Below the pieces are notes generated by a model. That model was not told the DNA's origin, searched no databases, and saw nothing but the letters and a program-made list of their open reading frames with translations. The position numbers were made by a program, and so were the translations under genes. Below are positions 9,157 through 20,172 of a DNA stretch of 64,000 nt, in pieces. Source of the DNA: Nocardioides sp. (GTDB lineage Bacteria; Actinomycetota; Actinomycetes; Propionibacteriales; Nocardioidaceae); assembly GCF_035576065.1 (NCBI RefSeq), contig NZ_DATLWX010000006.1, positions 73,042 to 137,041 on the forward strand, read 5' to 3'. How positions within the stretch are numbered: position 1 is the first letter of the stretch; each line of letters begins with the position of its first letter.

Positions 9157-10190
9157 GCCGCCTTCGAGACTGCCAGCCCCGCGCGCAACGCCGCTGCGAT
9201 CTCCCCGACGGCCGCCCGGGCGGTCCGTCCGACCCCGACCACGTTGAAGAAGCTGTGGATCATCCCCGGGAAGCGGACGTGCTCGACCGTGCACCCTGCG
9301 TCCCGCAGTCGCTCGGCATAGGCCTCCCCCTCGTCGCGCAGCGGGTCGAAGCCGGCGGTCGCGACGTAGGCAGGCGCCAGACCGAGCGGGAGCTCGGCGA
9401 AGAGCGGGCTGACCCGCGGGTCGGTCCAGAGGCCCCTGTCGGGCGCGTAGTTGTCCCGACCGCGGTCCATGAACTCCTGGGTGAGCAGGAAGCCCTCGGC
9501 GAAGGTGCGGCGGCTCGGCATGCTGGCGGTCATGTCGGTGCCGGGATAGACGAGCAGCTGGAAGGCGCACGGCCATCCCTGACGCGCCGCTTCGATGGCC
9601 ACCCCCGTCGCGAGGTTGGCACCGGCGCTGTCCCCGCCGACGGCCACCCGGTCGGGGTCGATCTGCCACTCGTCCGCCCGCTCGATGATCTCCGCGTAGG
9701 CACTCACACAGTCGTCGTACGCCGCCGGGAACGGCGCCTCCGGTGCGAGCCGGTAGTCCACGGCGATCACCCGCACGCCTGCGCGCTCGGCGAGGAACCG
9801 GCACACGGCGTCGTGGGAGTCGAGGTCGCCGTACACCCAGGCACCGCCGTGGAAGAAGACCAGCAGCGCGCTGGCCGTCCCAACACCGGTCGGCTCGTAG
9901 AACCTGGCCGGGCGCCCCGCGACGCTCACGTCGTGGACCGCGCCGATGGGCTGGCGACCGCCGACGATGGCTGACTGCTTGACGAGTGCGAGCCGCCCCT
10001 CGGGGATGGGCAGGGTCTCGACACCGGGCTCACGAGCCACCTTCTGGAGCCGGAGGAGGAGCTGGGTCTCGGTCGCGAGCCGCTGACCCTCGACCACCAC
10101 GGGGCGACCAGCAAGTAGCCGTTGGATTCGCTCGGGCAGCGCGAGCGCGCTGGCGACGGTCAGGGTCTCGAGGCGATCCACGATGCTCAC
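9150..10190 (-). CDS. Alpha/beta hydrolase, HSL-type esterase/lipase
   Basis: C-terminal part of track ORF 9150..11438, with a GTG start at 10190. Motifs: HGGAW (oxyanion HGGG-like), GDSAGANL (nucleophile elbow), DPLRDEG and HSF. The upstream part of the track ORF is antisense to ppk. Confidence 0.8.
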   Translation of the reverse strand: MSIVDRLETLTVASALALPERIQRLLAGRPVVVEGQRLATETQLLLRLQKVAREPGVETLPIPEGRLALVKQSAIVGGRQPIGAVHDVSVAGRPARFYEPTGVGTASALLVFFHGGAWVYGDLDSHDAVCRFLAERAGVRVIAVDYRLAPEAPFPAAYDDCVSAYAEIIERADEWQIDPDRVAVGGDSAGANLATGVAIEAARQGWPCAFQLLVYPGTDMTASMPSRRTFAEGFLLTQEFMDRGRDNYAPDRGLWTDPRVSPLFAELPLGLAPAYVATAGFDPLRDEGEAYAERLRDAGCTVEHVRFPGMIHSFFNVVGVGRTARAAVGEIAAALRAGLAVSKAAQ

Positions 10191-10262
10191 CTGCAGCAGG
10201 CTAGTGGCCTCCGAGGCCACGAACGTCGTCTCCCGTTCACGATCCGGTGACAGACTGGCTCC

Positions 10263-12452
10263 ATGCCCGACGCGTCCGCTGCCAGCACCACCCTCCCCAG
10301 CACCCTCGGGTCCTCCGTGGAGGACGGTCCCACCGCGGAGCCGTTCGCACACCCCAGCGACACCTTCGACGTCGAGCCGCCCTACGTCCCCGACGCTGCA
10401 GAGATCGCCGCCGTCGAGAAGTTCGAGGACCGGTTCCTCGACCGAGAGCTGTCCTGGCTGCACTTCAACCAGCGGGTGCTGGAGCTGGCCGAGGACCACT
10501 CGTTGCCGCTGCTCGAGCGCGCGCGGTTCCTGGCGATCTTCGCCAGCAACCTCGACGAGTTCTTCATGGTCCGCGTGGCGGGCATCAAGCGCCGGATCGC
10601 AGCAGGCGTCGCCGTACGCGCCGCCAGCGGGCTGCTCCCGCGCCAACAGCTCGAACAGCTCTGGGCCGACAGTCGTGACCTCATGGAACGCCACGCCCGG
10701 GTCTTCAGCGACCAGGTGATCCCGGAGCTGCGTGACCAGGGCATCGAGATCGTGCGGTGGGCCGAGCTGGACCGCGACGAGCAGAAGGTCTGCAAGAAGC
10801 TCTTCAAGGAGCGGATCTTCCCGGTCCTCACCCCGCTCGCCGTCGACCCCGCCCACCCCTTCCCCTACATCTCCGGGCTCTCCCTCAACCTCGCCGTCGT
10901 GGTGCGTCACCCCAAGACCAAGACCCAGCACTTCGCCCGGGTCAAGGTGCCGCCGATCTTCAGCCGGTTCGTGGCGGTCGGCAACCAGCGCTTCGTGCCG
11001 CTGGAGGACGTCATCAGCGAGCACCTCAGGAAGCTGTTCCCGGGCATGGAGGTGCTCCAGGCCCACACCTTCCGCGTGACCCGCAACGAAGACCTCGAGG
11101 TCGAGGAGGACGACGCCGAAAACCTGCTCAAGGCACTTGAGAAGGAGCTGCTGCGGCGCAAGTTCGGGCCGCCCGTGCGGCTCGAGGTCGAGGACTCGAT
11201 CGACCAGAAGATGCTCGACCTGCTGATCTCTGAGCTCGGCGTCAACCGCCAGGAGGTCTCGCGGCTGCCGGGTCCGCTCGACCTCCGCGGCCTGCACTCC
11301 ATCGCCGACCTGCCGCGCGACGACCTGAAGTTCCCCACTTTCGTGCCCACCACCCACGCCCACCTGGCCGAGGTCGAGACGTCGAAGCCGGTCGATGTCT
11401 TCGAGTCCGTACGCCGCAACGACGTGCTGCTGCACCACCCCTACGACTCATTTGCCACGTCGGTCCAGCGGTTCCTCGAGCAGGCAGCGGCCGACCCGCA
11501 CGTGCTGGCGATCAAGCAGACCCTCTACCGCACCTCGGGTGACAGCCCGATCATCGACGCCCTCATCGACGCAGCCGAGGCTGGCAAGCAGGTGCTGGTG
11601 ATCGTCGAGATCAAGGCACGCTTCGACGAGCAGGCCAACATCCGGTGGGCTCGCAAGCTCGAGCACGCGGGCTGTCACGTGGTCTACGGCCTGGTCGGAC
11701 TCAAGACCCACTGCAAGCTCTCATTGGTCGTCCGTGACGAGCCGGACGGCATCCGCCGCTACACCCACATCGGGACGGGCAACTACAACCCCAAGACTGC
11801 GCGCCTCTACGAGGACCTCGGGCTCCTCACGGCCGACCCGGCCGTGGGCGAGGACGTCGCACACCTGTTCAACAACCTCTCAGGCATCAGTCGCAACACG
11901 ACGTACGACGGCCTGCTGGTTGCCCCCGACAGCGTCCGCGACGGGCTGATCGGCCAGATCCATGCCGAGGTCGCCAACCACCAGGCCGGACGGTCCTCGG
12001 GGATCCGGATCAAGGCCAACTCGATCGTCGACGAGGCGATCATCGACGCGCTCTACCTCGCCTCCCAGGCAGGTGTGCCCGTCGACCTCCTCATCCGGGG
12101 CATCTGTGCGCTCCGGCCGGGCGTCCCGGGGCTCTCCGAGACCATCCAGGTGCGCTCCATCCTCGGCAGGTTCCTCGAGCACAGCCGCGTCTTCTGGTTC
12201 GTCAACGACGGCGAGCCACTGGCCTGGATCGGGTCCGCCGACATGATGCACCGCAACCTGGACCGTCGGGTGGAGGTGCTCGTGCGTCTGCCCGAAGGGC
12301 CCAATGTCGAGGCCATCGGCGAGCTCCTCGACCTCGCCTTCGAGCCCACCACCAGCGCCTGGACCCTCGACAACACCGGTGCGTGGCGTCTCAACGACGG
12401 TGATGTGCACCTGCAGGAGAGGCTGATCGAGCAGCAGCGCAGACGTCGCTGA
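10263..12452 (+). CDS. ppk: Polyphosphate kinase 1
   Basis: 729 aa. Motifs: [37 protein letters not shown], two PLD-like HKD regions (...[11 protein letters not shown]..., ...[11 protein letters not shown]). Confidence 0.9.
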   Translation: MPDASAASTTLPSTLGSSVEDGPTAEPFAHPSDTFDVEPPYVPDAAEIAAVEKFEDRFLDRELSWLHFNQRVLELAEDHSLPLLERARFLAIFASNLDEFFMVRVAGIKRRIAAGVAVRAASGLLPRQQLEQLWADSRDLMERHARVFSDQVIPELRDQGIEIVRWAELDRDEQKVCKKLFKERIFPVLTPLAVDPAHPFPYISGLSLNLAVVVRHPKTKTQHFARVKVPPIFSRFVAVGNQRFVPLEDVISEHLRKLFPGMEVLQAHTFRVTRNEDLEVEEDDAENLLKALEKELLRRKFGPPVRLEVEDSIDQKMLDLLISELGVNRQEVSRLPGPLDLRGLHSIADLPRDDLKFPTFVPTTHAHLAEVETSKPVDVFESVRRNDVLLHHPYDSFATSVQRFLEQAAADPHVLAIKQTLYRTSGDSPIIDALIDAAEAGKQVLVIVEIKARFDEQANIRWARKLEHAGCHVVYGLVGLKTHCKLSLVVRDEPDGIRRYTHIGTGNYNPKTARLYEDLGLLTADPAVGEDVAHLFNNLSGISRNTTYDGLLVAPDSVRDGLIGQIHAEVANHQAGRSSGIRIKANSIVDEAIIDALYLASQAGVPVDLLIRGICALRPGVPGLSETIQVRSILGRFLEHSRVFWFVNDGEPLAWIGSADMMHRNLDRRVEVLVRLPEGPNVEAIGELLDLAFEPTTSAWTLDNTGAWRLNDGDVHLQERLIEQQRRRR

Positions 12453-12550
12453 GCCAGCCTCCGGTCAGCCGGGTTCCGCTGGGTTGCGGGCTCGGGGCGC
12501 CGACCCCCTAGCATGTGCATCGTTCACGTCCCCCTCGTTCGGAGTTCGCC

Positions 12551-13168
12551 GTGCGTTTGAAGTTCCGGCCCGTCGACGCGTCTTTCTACGACCTGTTCAG
12601 CGAGTCCGCCTCGCACCTGGTCGTCGGCGCCCAGCTCCTCGCCGAGATGCTCGGCGACGGCAACGACCGCGAGGGGATCGCCTCCCGCATGCGTGACGCC
12701 GAGCATGCCGCCGACGAGACCACCCATGCGATCGTCAAGCGCGTCAACAGCACCTTCGTGACGCCGTTCGACCGCGAGGACATCTACGCCCTGGCGTCCG
12801 CACTCGACGACGTCATGGATGAGATGGACGAGGCCGTCGACCTCGTCCTGCTCTACGGCGTGACCACGCTGCCTGCCGAGACCTCCGAGCAGGTCGAGGT
12901 GCTCCAGCGCTGCGCCGAGCTCACCGCCGAGGCCATGCCGAGCCTGACGACCATGAGCGACCTCGACGAATACTGGATCGAGATCAACCGGCTCGAGAAC
13001 GCCGGTGACCGTAGCTACAGGCGCATCCTGGCCCACCTCTTCAACGGCGAGTACGAAGCCATGGAGGTCATCAAGCTCAAGGACATCGTAGGAGCTCTCG
13101 AAAGCGCCATCGACGCCTTCGAGAGGGTCGCGAACATCCTGGAGCAGATCGCCGTCAAGGAGTCCTGA
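12551..13168 (+). CDS. DUF47-family (PhoU-like) phosphate transport regulator
   Basis: Track ORF trimmed to the GTG at 12551, after a GGAG. The protein is helical (...DAEHAADETTHAIVKRVNSTFVTPFDREDIYALASALDDVMD...). It lies 6 nt upstream of the Pit gene, the conserved pairing. Confidence 0.75.
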   Translation: MRLKFRPVDASFYDLFSESASHLVVGAQLLAEMLGDGNDREGIASRMRDAEHAADETTHAIVKRVNSTFVTPFDREDIYALASALDDVMDEMDEAVDLVLLYGVTTLPAETSEQVEVLQRCAELTAEAMPSLTTMSDLDEYWIEINRLENAGDRSYRRILAHLFNGEYEAMEVIKLKDIVGALESAIDAFERVANILEQIAVKES

Positions 13169-13174
13169 CCTCCG

Positions 13175-14170
13175 ATGGAACTCGCGATCATCATCGCGGT
13201 CGTCGTCGTTGCCCTGGTGTTCGACTACACCAACGGATTCCACGACGCGGCCAACGCCATCGCCACCTCGGTCTCCACCGGCGCCCTGACACCCAGGATC
13301 GCCCTGGCCATGGCCGCGGTGATGAACTTCGTCGGTGCCTTCCTCGGTCAGAAGGTCGCCCAGACGGTCTCCGACACCATCGATCCCGGCACCGGCACTC
13401 CTGGCCTGGTGATCGTGATGGCAGGTCTCGTCGGCGCGATCACCTGGAACATGATCACCTGGTACTACGGCCTGCCGTCCTCCTCCTCGCACGCGCTCAT
13501 AGGTGGGCTGGTCGGCGCCGCTCTCGCCGCGGGCGCGACCGCCAACTGGAGCGTCGTCCTGGAGAAGGTCGTCATCCCGATGCTCCTCTCGCCGCTGGTG
13601 GCCTTCAGCCTGGGCTTCGGGGTGATGATCGCCATCATGTGGATCTTCCGCAACGCGCACCCGGCCAAGGCCAACCGGGGCTTCAAGGTCGCGCAAACCA
13701 TCTCCGCCGGCGCGATGGCGCTTGGCCACGGCCTCCAGGACGCCCAGAAGACCATGGGCGTGATCTTCCTGGCGCTGCTGACGGGTGGAATCGTCACTGA
13801 GTCGGACCCCCTCCCCCTGTGGGTCATCCTCGCGGCAGCCACGGCGATCTCCCTGGGCACATGGTCCGGCGGGTGGCGCATCATGCGGACCCTGGGCCGT
13901 CGCATCATCGCCCTCGACCCGCCCCGCGGCTTTGCCGCCGAGTCAGTGGCCGCGTCTGTGCTCTACACGACGGCCTACGTCTTCGAGGCACCCATCTCCA
14001 CCACGCACACCATCACCTCCGCGGTCATGGGCGTCGGCGCCACGAAGCGCCTCTCCGCCGTGCGGTGGGGCGTGGCGAGGTCGATCCTGACCGCCTGGGT
14101 GCTGACCTTCCCCGCTGCCGGCCTCGCGGCCGCGCTGACGTACTGGTTCATCGCCCTGTTCCTGCCCTGA
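13175..14170 (+). CDS. pit: Inorganic phosphate transporter, PiT family
   Basis: 331 aa and polytopic. N-terminal FDYTNGFHDAANAIATSV and C-terminal ISTTHTITSAVMGVGA are the signature repeats. Confidence 0.9.
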   Translation: MELAIIIAVVVVALVFDYTNGFHDAANAIATSVSTGALTPRIALAMAAVMNFVGAFLGQKVAQTVSDTIDPGTGTPGLVIVMAGLVGAITWNMITWYYGLPSSSSHALIGGLVGAALAAGATANWSVVLEKVVIPMLLSPLVAFSLGFGVMIAIMWIFRNAHPAKANRGFKVAQTISAGAMALGHGLQDAQKTMGVIFLALLTGGIVTESDPLPLWVILAAATAISLGTWSGGWRIMRTLGRRIIALDPPRGFAAESVAASVLYTTAYVFEAPISTTHTITSAVMGVGATKRLSAVRWGVARSILTAWVLTFPAAGLAAALTYWFIALFLP

Positions 14171-14213
14171 CCCCCCAGCACCCCGTGTTGCCGGGAGGTC
14201 AGGCGCTGAGGGA

Positions 14214-15107
14214 TCAGCCGAAGCGACCGGAGATGTAGTCCTCGGTCCGCTTGTCGGAGGGGTTGGAGAAGATCTTCGTGGTGAGGTCGAACTCGACCAG
14301 GAGTCCCGTGCGGTTGCCCGTGGTCTCGTCCGGGCGGGCGGTGAAGAAGGCCGTCCGGTCGGACACGCGAGCCGCCTGCTGCATGTTGTGCGTGACCACG
14401 ATGATCGTGTAGTCGTCGCGCAGCGTCATCATCAGGTCCTCGACCCGGGCCGTGGCGATCGGGTCGAGGGCCGAGCACGGCTCGTCCATCAAGATGACGT
14501 CCGGCTTGGTCGCGATGGTGCGCGCGATGCAGAGCCGCTGCTGCTGGCCGCCCGAGAGCCCGTACGCCGACTGCTTGAGCTTGTCCTTGACCTCGTCCCA
14601 CAAGGCTGCGCCGCGCAGGGCCTCCTCGACCAGGTCGTCCATGTTGTCGACCTTCATGCCGGTGACCCGAGGGCCGTAGGCGATGTTGTCGTAGATCGAC
14701 TTCGGGAACGGGTTCGGCTTCTGGAACACCATGCCGATGTGGGTGCGCACCGCGATGGGGTCGATGCCCTTCGCATAGATGTCCTGGTCGTGGTAGACCA
14801 CGCTGCCCTCGACCCGGGCACCCGCCACCAGGTCGTTCATCCGGTTCAGGCACCTGAGCACCGTGGACTTGCCACAGCCCGACGGGCCGATCATCGCGGT
14901 GATCTCGTTGCGTCCGTAGGCGAGGTTGACGTCGTGCACGGCGTGGAAGTCGCCGTAGAAGACGTTGAGGTCGCGCGCCTCCATCACCGGGCTCTGCGGG
15001 AAGGCAGGCAACTGGCGGTTGTCGGCACCGTGGACCTCGGCGAAGGAACCCATGCGGGCATTCTGGTCCGTGCCGCTGGTTGTCGCAGTGGCGGGGGGGT
15101 TGGCCAT
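14214..15107 (-). CDS. pstB: Phosphate ABC transporter ATP-binding protein
   Basis: C-terminal part of track ORF 14214..15929. ATG at 15107, with an alternative ATG at 15053. Motifs: Walker [10 protein letters not shown], signature [13 protein letters not shown], Walker B ILMDEP. Confidence 0.9.
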   Translation of the reverse strand: MANPPATATTSGTDQNARMGSFAEVHGADNRQLPAFPQSPVMEARDLNVFYGDFHAVHDVNLAYGRNEITAMIGPSGCGKSTVLRCLNRMNDLVAGARVEGSVVYHDQDIYAKGIDPIAVRTHIGMVFQKPNPFPKSIYDNIAYGPRVTGMKVDNMDDLVEEALRGAALWDEVKDKLKQSAYGLSGGQQQRLCIARTIATKPDVILMDEPCSALDPIATARVEDLMMTLRDDYTIIVVTHNMQQAARVSDRTAFFTARPDETTGNRTGLLVEFDLTTKIFSNPSDKRTEDYISGRFG

Positions 15108-15121
15108 GTCGTCAGTCTCTC

Positions 15122-16030
15122 TCACCAGGATCGCTGGAACTTGTTGCGGATGAAGATGGCCAGGCCGTTGAGACCGAGGACCATGACCAGCAGGACGATG
15201 ATGGCCGCCGACGCGGCCTCTCGGTACGCTTCTTGCGAGTTGGAGCTGAGCCCGTAGATCTGGATCGGCAGCGCGGTGATGGCACTCATCAGTCCCTCGG
15301 GATCGAAGCGGACCGAGGAGTAGAGGCCGAGCATCACGAGTGGCGCAGCCTCGCCGATCGCACGCGACAGCCCGAGGATCGTGCCCGTGGCGATGCCAGG
15401 CACGGCCGAGGGCAGCACCTGCCGCCAGGTCGTCTGCCACGTCGTGGCACCGAGGGCGTACGAGCCCTGCCGGATCTCCTCCGGCACGGCACGCACTGCC
15501 TCGCGGGTGGTGATGATGATCACGGGCAGGATGAGCAGGGCGAGCGCGATCGCGCCACCCAGCATGACGCCACGCGTGTTGATCCCGACGATGGCGAGCA
15601 CGGCGACGGCCAGGAGGCCGTAGACGATCGCGGGCACCGCGGCGAGGTTCTGCAGGTTGACCTCGATGAAGCGGTTGTACCACTTCTGGGAGTCCGCGAA
15701 CTCTTCGAGATAGACGGCCGCGGCGATGCCGAGAGGCACCGCCATCAGGGCGGTGAACATCATCAACCAGATGGTGCCGAGGATGCCCGCTCGGAACCCG
15801 GTCCGCTCCGGGACGAGCGTCGAGTCGTACCTCGTGAGGAGGTTGGCATCGAACCGCCCGGCCCCGTCGATGGCGGTGTCGGTGATCAGCACGACGAGCA
15901 CCATGACGCCGAAGAACAGGGAGAACCACAAGGCGCCGAGGAAGACCATCGAGGCCGGGTTGCGGTCGCGACTCCGGCCCGCGCTCGCGATCTGCACGGT
16001 CTCGCGGGCAGTGGTGGCGGCGATGCTCAT
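15122..16030 (-). CDS. pstA: Phosphate ABC transporter permease PstA
   Basis: 302-aa polytopic protein in the pstSCAB order, with an EAA-like loop ...[18 protein letters not shown]. Confidence 0.85.
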   Translation of the reverse strand: MSIAATTARETVQIASAGRSRDRNPASMVFLGALWFSLFFGVMVLVVLITDTAIDGAGRFDANLLTRYDSTLVPERTGFRAGILGTIWLMMFTALMAVPLGIAAAVYLEEFADSQKWYNRFIEVNLQNLAAVPAIVYGLLAVAVLAIVGINTRGVMLGGAIALALLILPVIIITTREAVRAVPEEIRQGSYALGATTWQTTWRQVLPSAVPGIATGTILGLSRAIGEAAPLVMLGLYSSVRFDPEGLMSAITALPIQIYGLSSNSQEAYREAASAAIIVLLVMVLGLNGLAIFIRNKFQRSW

Positions 16031-16031
16031 G

Positions 16032-16973
16032 TCAGTAGGCCTGCCTGTAGCGACGAACCAGGGCGATGCTGATCATGTTGATGACCAGGGTGATCACGAA
16101 GAGCGTCAGCCCGACTGCGAACAGCATGTTGTAGGACGTGGAGCCGACGGGGTTCTCGCCTCCCGCGGTGGTGGCCATGAAGCCGGTCATCGTCTGCATG
16201 CCCTCCCGCGGGTCGATCGAGAGGTTGCGCTGCGACCCCGCAGCGAGGGTCACGATCATCGTCTCGCCAACCGCTCGGGAGAGCCCCAGCACGACGGCGG
16301 CTGCGACGCCCGAGAGTGCGGCGGGCAGAACGACGCGCAGGGTGGTCTGCATGCGGTTGGCGCCCATGGCGAGGGACCCCTGTCGCAACGCTTGGGGAAC
16401 GGCGCTGAAGGCGTCCTCCGCGAGCGAGGCGACCGTCGGGATGATCATCACCCCGAGCACCAGGCCCGCGGCCAGCGCGTTGGTGAAGCCCACCTCGAGG
16501 CTGAGGATGTCCTGCAACAGTTGCGGCGTCACGAACACCACGGCGAAGAAGCCGTAGACGACGGACGGGACACCGGCCAGCAGCTCGACGGTGGGCTTGA
16601 GGATCTTGCGAGCCCGCTTGGAGGCGTACTCCGAGAGGTACATCGCCGCGCCCAGCCCGAGAGGGACGGCCACCAGCAGTGCGATGACGGTGACCACGAG
16701 AGTGGCGGCGATCAGCGGCCCGACCGCGAAGGTCTCCGTCTCGTCGAAGGTGAAGAAGTCGCCGAGGGGGATCTCACCGAAGAACTCGAGGACCGGCTGG
16801 ATCAACGCGATGATGATGCCGAAGGTGATCAGGACCGAGAGCATCGCGGAGCCGAACAGGGCGGACTTGATGGCCGACTCCGCCGGACGCGAACGCTTCC
16901 CGAGGTTGAGGGAAGCACCGGGCAGGCCCGCCCCGAGGGACGGGCCTGCGCCGTTGCTGATGTTGGTGCTCAT
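16032..16973 (-). CDS. pstC: Phosphate ABC transporter permease PstC
   Basis: 313-aa polytopic protein containing ...GSLAMGANRMQTTLRVVLPAA. It lies immediately upstream of pstA. Confidence 0.85.
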   Translation of the reverse strand: MSTNISNGAGPSLGAGLPGASLNLGKRSRPAESAIKSALFGSAMLSVLITFGIIIALIQPVLEFFGEIPLGDFFTFDETETFAVGPLIAATLVVTVIALLVAVPLGLGAAMYLSEYASKRARKILKPTVELLAGVPSVVYGFFAVVFVTPQLLQDILSLEVGFTNALAAGLVLGVMIIPTVASLAEDAFSAVPQALRQGSLAMGANRMQTTLRVVLPAALSGVAAAVVLGLSRAVGETMIVTLAAGSQRNLSIDPREGMQTMTGFMATTAGGENPVGSTSYNMLFAVGLTLFVITLVINMISIALVRRYRQAY

Positions 16974-16995
16974 GCGAGGAAGGTACCCCTGGCGA

Positions 16996-17961
16996 TCAGG
17001 AGGACAGGCCTTCGAGGGCCGACTGGGTCTCGCCGTAGAGCTCTTCGCTCAGCGGGATGAACTTTGCCGCATCGGCGATCGTCTCGAGGTTCTCGATGTA
17101 GTAGTCGACGTACTCCTTGGTGGCAGCGTTGTCGGCATAGGACGAGTTGCTCACGTAGATGAACAGCGGACGGGCCAGAGGCGTGTAGTCGCCGGCCTGG
17201 GCGGTCTCCGCGGACGGCTCGACACAACCGCTGCCGGAGTCGATCTGCAGCGCCTTGAGCGTGTCCTGGTTCTCTTCGTAGTAGGTGTAGCCGAAGAACC
17301 CGACAGCACCTTCGGTGCCGCCGACGCCCTGGACGAGGACGTTGTCGTCCTCCGAGGACTCGACGTCGGTGCGCAGTACCTCGGACTCGTCGGCGACGAC
17401 GTCGGCCGCCATGTAGTCGTAGGTGCCCGAGTCGGTGCCGGGGAAGAAGAAGGAGATCTCCTGGTCCGGGAAGCTCGGGTCGATCTCGTTCCAGTTGGTA
17501 GCCGTGGCCTTCGGACCCATCAGGTCGACGAGCTGGTCGGTCGTGAGGCAGTCGACGTCGAGGTCGGGGTGGACGGCGACGGTGAGCGCATCGGTGGCGA
17601 CCTGGAGCTCGGTGTACTCGACCCCGCCCTCCTCGCACGCAGCGACCTCGTCCTCCTCGATCGGGCGGGACGCGTCGGAGATGTCAGTCTGCCCCGCGCA
17701 GAAGACCTCGAACCCGCCGCCGGTGCCGGCAGCACCCACGTTGACGCGGACGTCGGGGTTCTCCTCGGACAGGAGCTCGGCGGCAGCCTTGGACATGGGC
17801 TCGACCGTGGACGACCCGTCGACGGCGACGGTGCCGCTGGCGCCGGATCCACCATCGGATCCACCATCGGAGCCGGCGTCTCCGCCGCCACAGGCGGCGA
17901 GGGCGAGGACCAGGACGGCTGCGCCCGGGATGAGGGCCAAGCGGTGGGAAGTGCGGTTCAC
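16996..17961 (-). CDS. pstS: Phosphate-binding lipoprotein PstS
   Basis: 321 aa with lipobox LALAAC. Motifs: GSSTVEP, GTGGGF. It is the first gene of the pst operon. Confidence 0.85.
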   Translation of the reverse strand: MNRTSHRLALIPGAAVLVLALAACGGGDAGSDGGSDGGSGASGTVAVDGSSTVEPMSKAAAELLSEENPDVRVNVGAAGTGGGFEVFCAGQTDISDASRPIEEDEVAACEEGGVEYTELQVATDALTVAVHPDLDVDCLTTDQLVDLMGPKATATNWNEIDPSFPDQEISFFFPGTDSGTYDYMAADVVADESEVLRTDVESSEDDNVLVQGVGGTEGAVGFFGYTYYEENQDTLKALQIDSGSGCVEPSAETAQAGDYTPLARPLFIYVSNSSYADNAATKEYVDYYIENLETIADAAKFIPLSEELYGETQSALEGLSS

Positions 17962-18041
17962 TTCGAGACTCCTGAATATGTCTGTTGTGTTGCTGACGCC
18001 GTGAACGTAGACACGGCAAGTGACGTCCCGAGTCGGCCTTG

Positions 18042-18063
18042 ATGAACGCGGGGTGAACTGAAT
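18042..18063 (-). promoter_or_regulatory. Candidate PHO box (two 11-nt direct repeats) upstream of pstS
   Basis: The minus strand reads GTTCACCCCGC GTTCATCAAGG-like units (plus strand atgaacgcggg gtgaactgaat). Further GTGAAC/GTTCAC copies sit at 18001 and 18081. They resemble the actinobacterial PhoP/RegX3 GTTCAC repeat. Confidence 0.35.
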
Positions 18064-18157
18064 CGGGCTGGTCGGCGTCGTTCACCGGTGCCGGAGACGT
18101 ACGTCACATGAACACCCTCGGGACCTATGGCGCCCGGACGTGTCGGAGCGGTAGGAA

Positions 18158-19015
18158 TCAGGGGCTTATGCGCTCCGTCGCCACGACCGTGCCCTTGCGA
18201 TGGTGCACCACGAGCATCTCGGCGGGCTCGAGCCCGGGATTGGTCCGGGCCATCCCCTCGACGAGTATGGGGATGACCGTTCGGTGGGCGCACACCACGG
18301 AACTCACGTCGCTGCTGAGCAACGACTCCATGAGGCGCTCGATCGCGACGGGGTCGAGCCCCTCCTCGCTCAGCTCGTCGTAGGAGCGCAGCGGTCGGCC
18401 CGTGGCATGGACGTACGGCGTCACGGTGGCCACGCACCGCACGCTGGAGGAGGAATGGATGTCGGCGACGTCGAACGCCGCCAGGATCGGCACCAGGCGC
18501 TCTGCCTCAGCCTGACCGACGTCGAGGAGCGGGCGACGACGGTCGTCCAGGTGCCAGGACCGCCGAGGCAGCGCATGACCGTGTCGCAGCACGACCAGCG
18601 CGCGCGTGCTGCGGCGCAGTGGACGAGCCTGCGACAGGGTCTCCCGGTCGTAGTCGTAGGTCAGGCGCCGCACTGCCTCGGACCACGGCACCCAGGCGAC
18701 GTCGTCGATCTCGTCGTTGACGAGGTAGCCGGACACGTCGTCGTCCCCGAGGGCGCGGGCGACCCAGTAGTCGACGCGCTTCATCCGACCCTGGCCGATG
18801 CCGTAGCGCTGGCAGGCAAGCGGCGGTCCGAGTCTGATCTCGAGCCCGGTCTCCTCGGCCACCTCACGGACGGCCGCCGTCGTGGGGTGCTCGTCCGGGT
18901 CGAGCTTGCCCTTGGGGAAGGACCAGTCGTCGTAGCGGGGACGGTGCACGAGCAGCACCTCGTCCCCCTTGCGGGTCACGACGGCTCCAGCAGCGCGGAC
19001 GTCCGGGCCAGGCAT
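18158..19015 (-). CDS. mutT1: NUDIX hydrolase fused to a histidine-phosphatase (SixA-like) domain, MutT1-type
   Basis: Track ORF trimmed to the ATG at 19015. Nudix box GKLDPDEHPTTAAVREVAEETG, then VLRHGHA (RHG phosphatase motif). It neighbours ppk, as in mycobacteria. Confidence 0.8.
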   Translation of the reverse strand: MPGPDVRAAGAVVTRKGDEVLLVHRPRYDDWSFPKGKLDPDEHPTTAAVREVAEETGLEIRLGPPLACQRYGIGQGRMKRVDYWVARALGDDDVSGYLVNDEIDDVAWVPWSEAVRRLTYDYDRETLSQARPLRRSTRALVVLRHGHALPRRSWHLDDRRRPLLDVGQAEAERLVPILAAFDVADIHSSSSVRCVATVTPYVHATGRPLRSYDELSEEGLDPVAIERLMESLLSSDVSSVVCAHRTVIPILVEGMARTNPGLEPAEMLVVHHRKGTVVATERISP

Positions 19016-19045
19016 GGGCGTTAGTCTCACACCACCAACCGCGCC

Positions 19046-20131
19046 GTGAGGAGTCCCCCCGTGCTTCGTCGTCTCCCCCGGGGTCTCGTCGTCGCGCTGG
19101 CCGCCTGCCTCGCCCTGGCGGTCGTGGTCGCCACGGTCGCCACCGTGAGGTGGTGGCGCGAGGGGCAACGCCCCGACCTGGCCCGCGCCGTATCACTCGC
19201 CCCGGCGTCCACCGAACGGCTGTCGTGGACCGACTGGCGCGCCGTACGCCGTGAGGTGGGGACTGACTTCGGCACCCGCCCCAGCCCCGAGGAGGTCACG
19301 GAGTTCCTCGACGAGGCCTTCAGCCGAGACCTGTCGACGTCCTCAGCGCTGGTCGAGTCGAGTCCCACCCTGCAGGCGGAGTTCGGGTTCTCCCCCGCCA
19401 CGATCGACTGGGAGCTGTTCGCCCAAGGCACCGAGGGGGCCGTGGAGATCCTCGGGTTCCCCGACGACACGGACTTCGACGCGATCGGCGAGAGGCTCGA
19501 GTCCTTGGGTTTCACCCGCGACGGCGAGGATGACGTCTGGGCCGGCGGCGCGGACGTGCTTGCGCGCGTCGGGCCCCAGCTGACCCCGGAGCTGCAGTTC
19601 TTCGCCCTGCTGCCTGACCTGGGTGTCGTACTCACCTCGGACACCCTCGCCTACCTCGACGACGCAGTGGCGGCGGCGACCGGCGATGCCGACCACCTGA
19701 CGTCGGTCTCGGAGGTCGTGGCCGACCTGACAGCGCCCCTCACTGCGGCGGTGTTCACCGGTGCCTACGCGTGCGAGAACCTCGCGATGGCGACCGCTGA
19801 CGAGAGGGATCAGGCCCAGGCCGACGAGCTCATCCGGAGCGCCGGGGAGGTGCACCCGCTCAACGGTTTCGCGATGGCTGCCCACCCCGACGGTCACATC
19901 AGCGTGACCATGGGCTTCGAGTCCGACGACGTGGCGCGGACCAACGCGGACACCCGGGCCACCCTGGCCAGCGGCCCTGCTGTCGGACAGTACGGCGACT
20001 TCGCCGACCGGTTCAGCGTGGACTCTGTGTCCGCCGAGGGGCGGCTCGTGCGCATGCGCCTGGACCCGGTCAAGGGCCAGTACGTCCTCTCGGACCTCAC
20101 CAGCGGCCCCTTGCTCTTCGCCACCTGCTGA
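19046..20131 (+). CDS. Hypothetical membrane-anchored/secreted protein
   Basis: 361-aa ORF with an N-terminal hydrophobic segment LVVALAACLALAVVVATVATV. GC3 is high and no motif was recognised. Confidence 0.55.
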   Translation: MRSPPVLRRLPRGLVVALAACLALAVVVATVATVRWWREGQRPDLARAVSLAPASTERLSWTDWRAVRREVGTDFGTRPSPEEVTEFLDEAFSRDLSTSSALVESSPTLQAEFGFSPATIDWELFAQGTEGAVEILGFPDDTDFDAIGERLESLGFTRDGEDDVWAGGADVLARVGPQLTPELQFFALLPDLGVVLTSDTLAYLDDAVAAATGDADHLTSVSEVVADLTAPLTAAVFTGAYACENLAMATADERDQAQADELIRSAGEVHPLNGFAMAAHPDGHISVTMGFESDDVARTNADTRATLASGPAVGQYGDFADRFSVDSVSAEGRLVRMRLDPVKGQYVLSDLTSGPLLFATC

Positions 20132-20172
20132 GCGCCGGCGTCACGACAGACGCGTCAACCGCTCGACGTCGA

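Noticed and set aside
8320-9804. 494-aa minus-strand ORF
   Set aside because: It overlaps three better-supported genes (nitrobindin-like, DsrE-like, esterase), and its product is Arg/Pro/Gly-rich.
10191-11438. N-terminal extension of track ORF 9150..11438
   Set aside because: It is antisense to ppk. The esterase starts at the GTG at 10190.
12524-13729. 401-aa minus-strand ORF
   Set aside because: It is a shadow of the DUF47 and Pit genes.
15108-15929. N-terminal extension of the pstB track ORF
   Set aside because: It overlaps pstA in another frame. pstB starts at 15107 or 15053.
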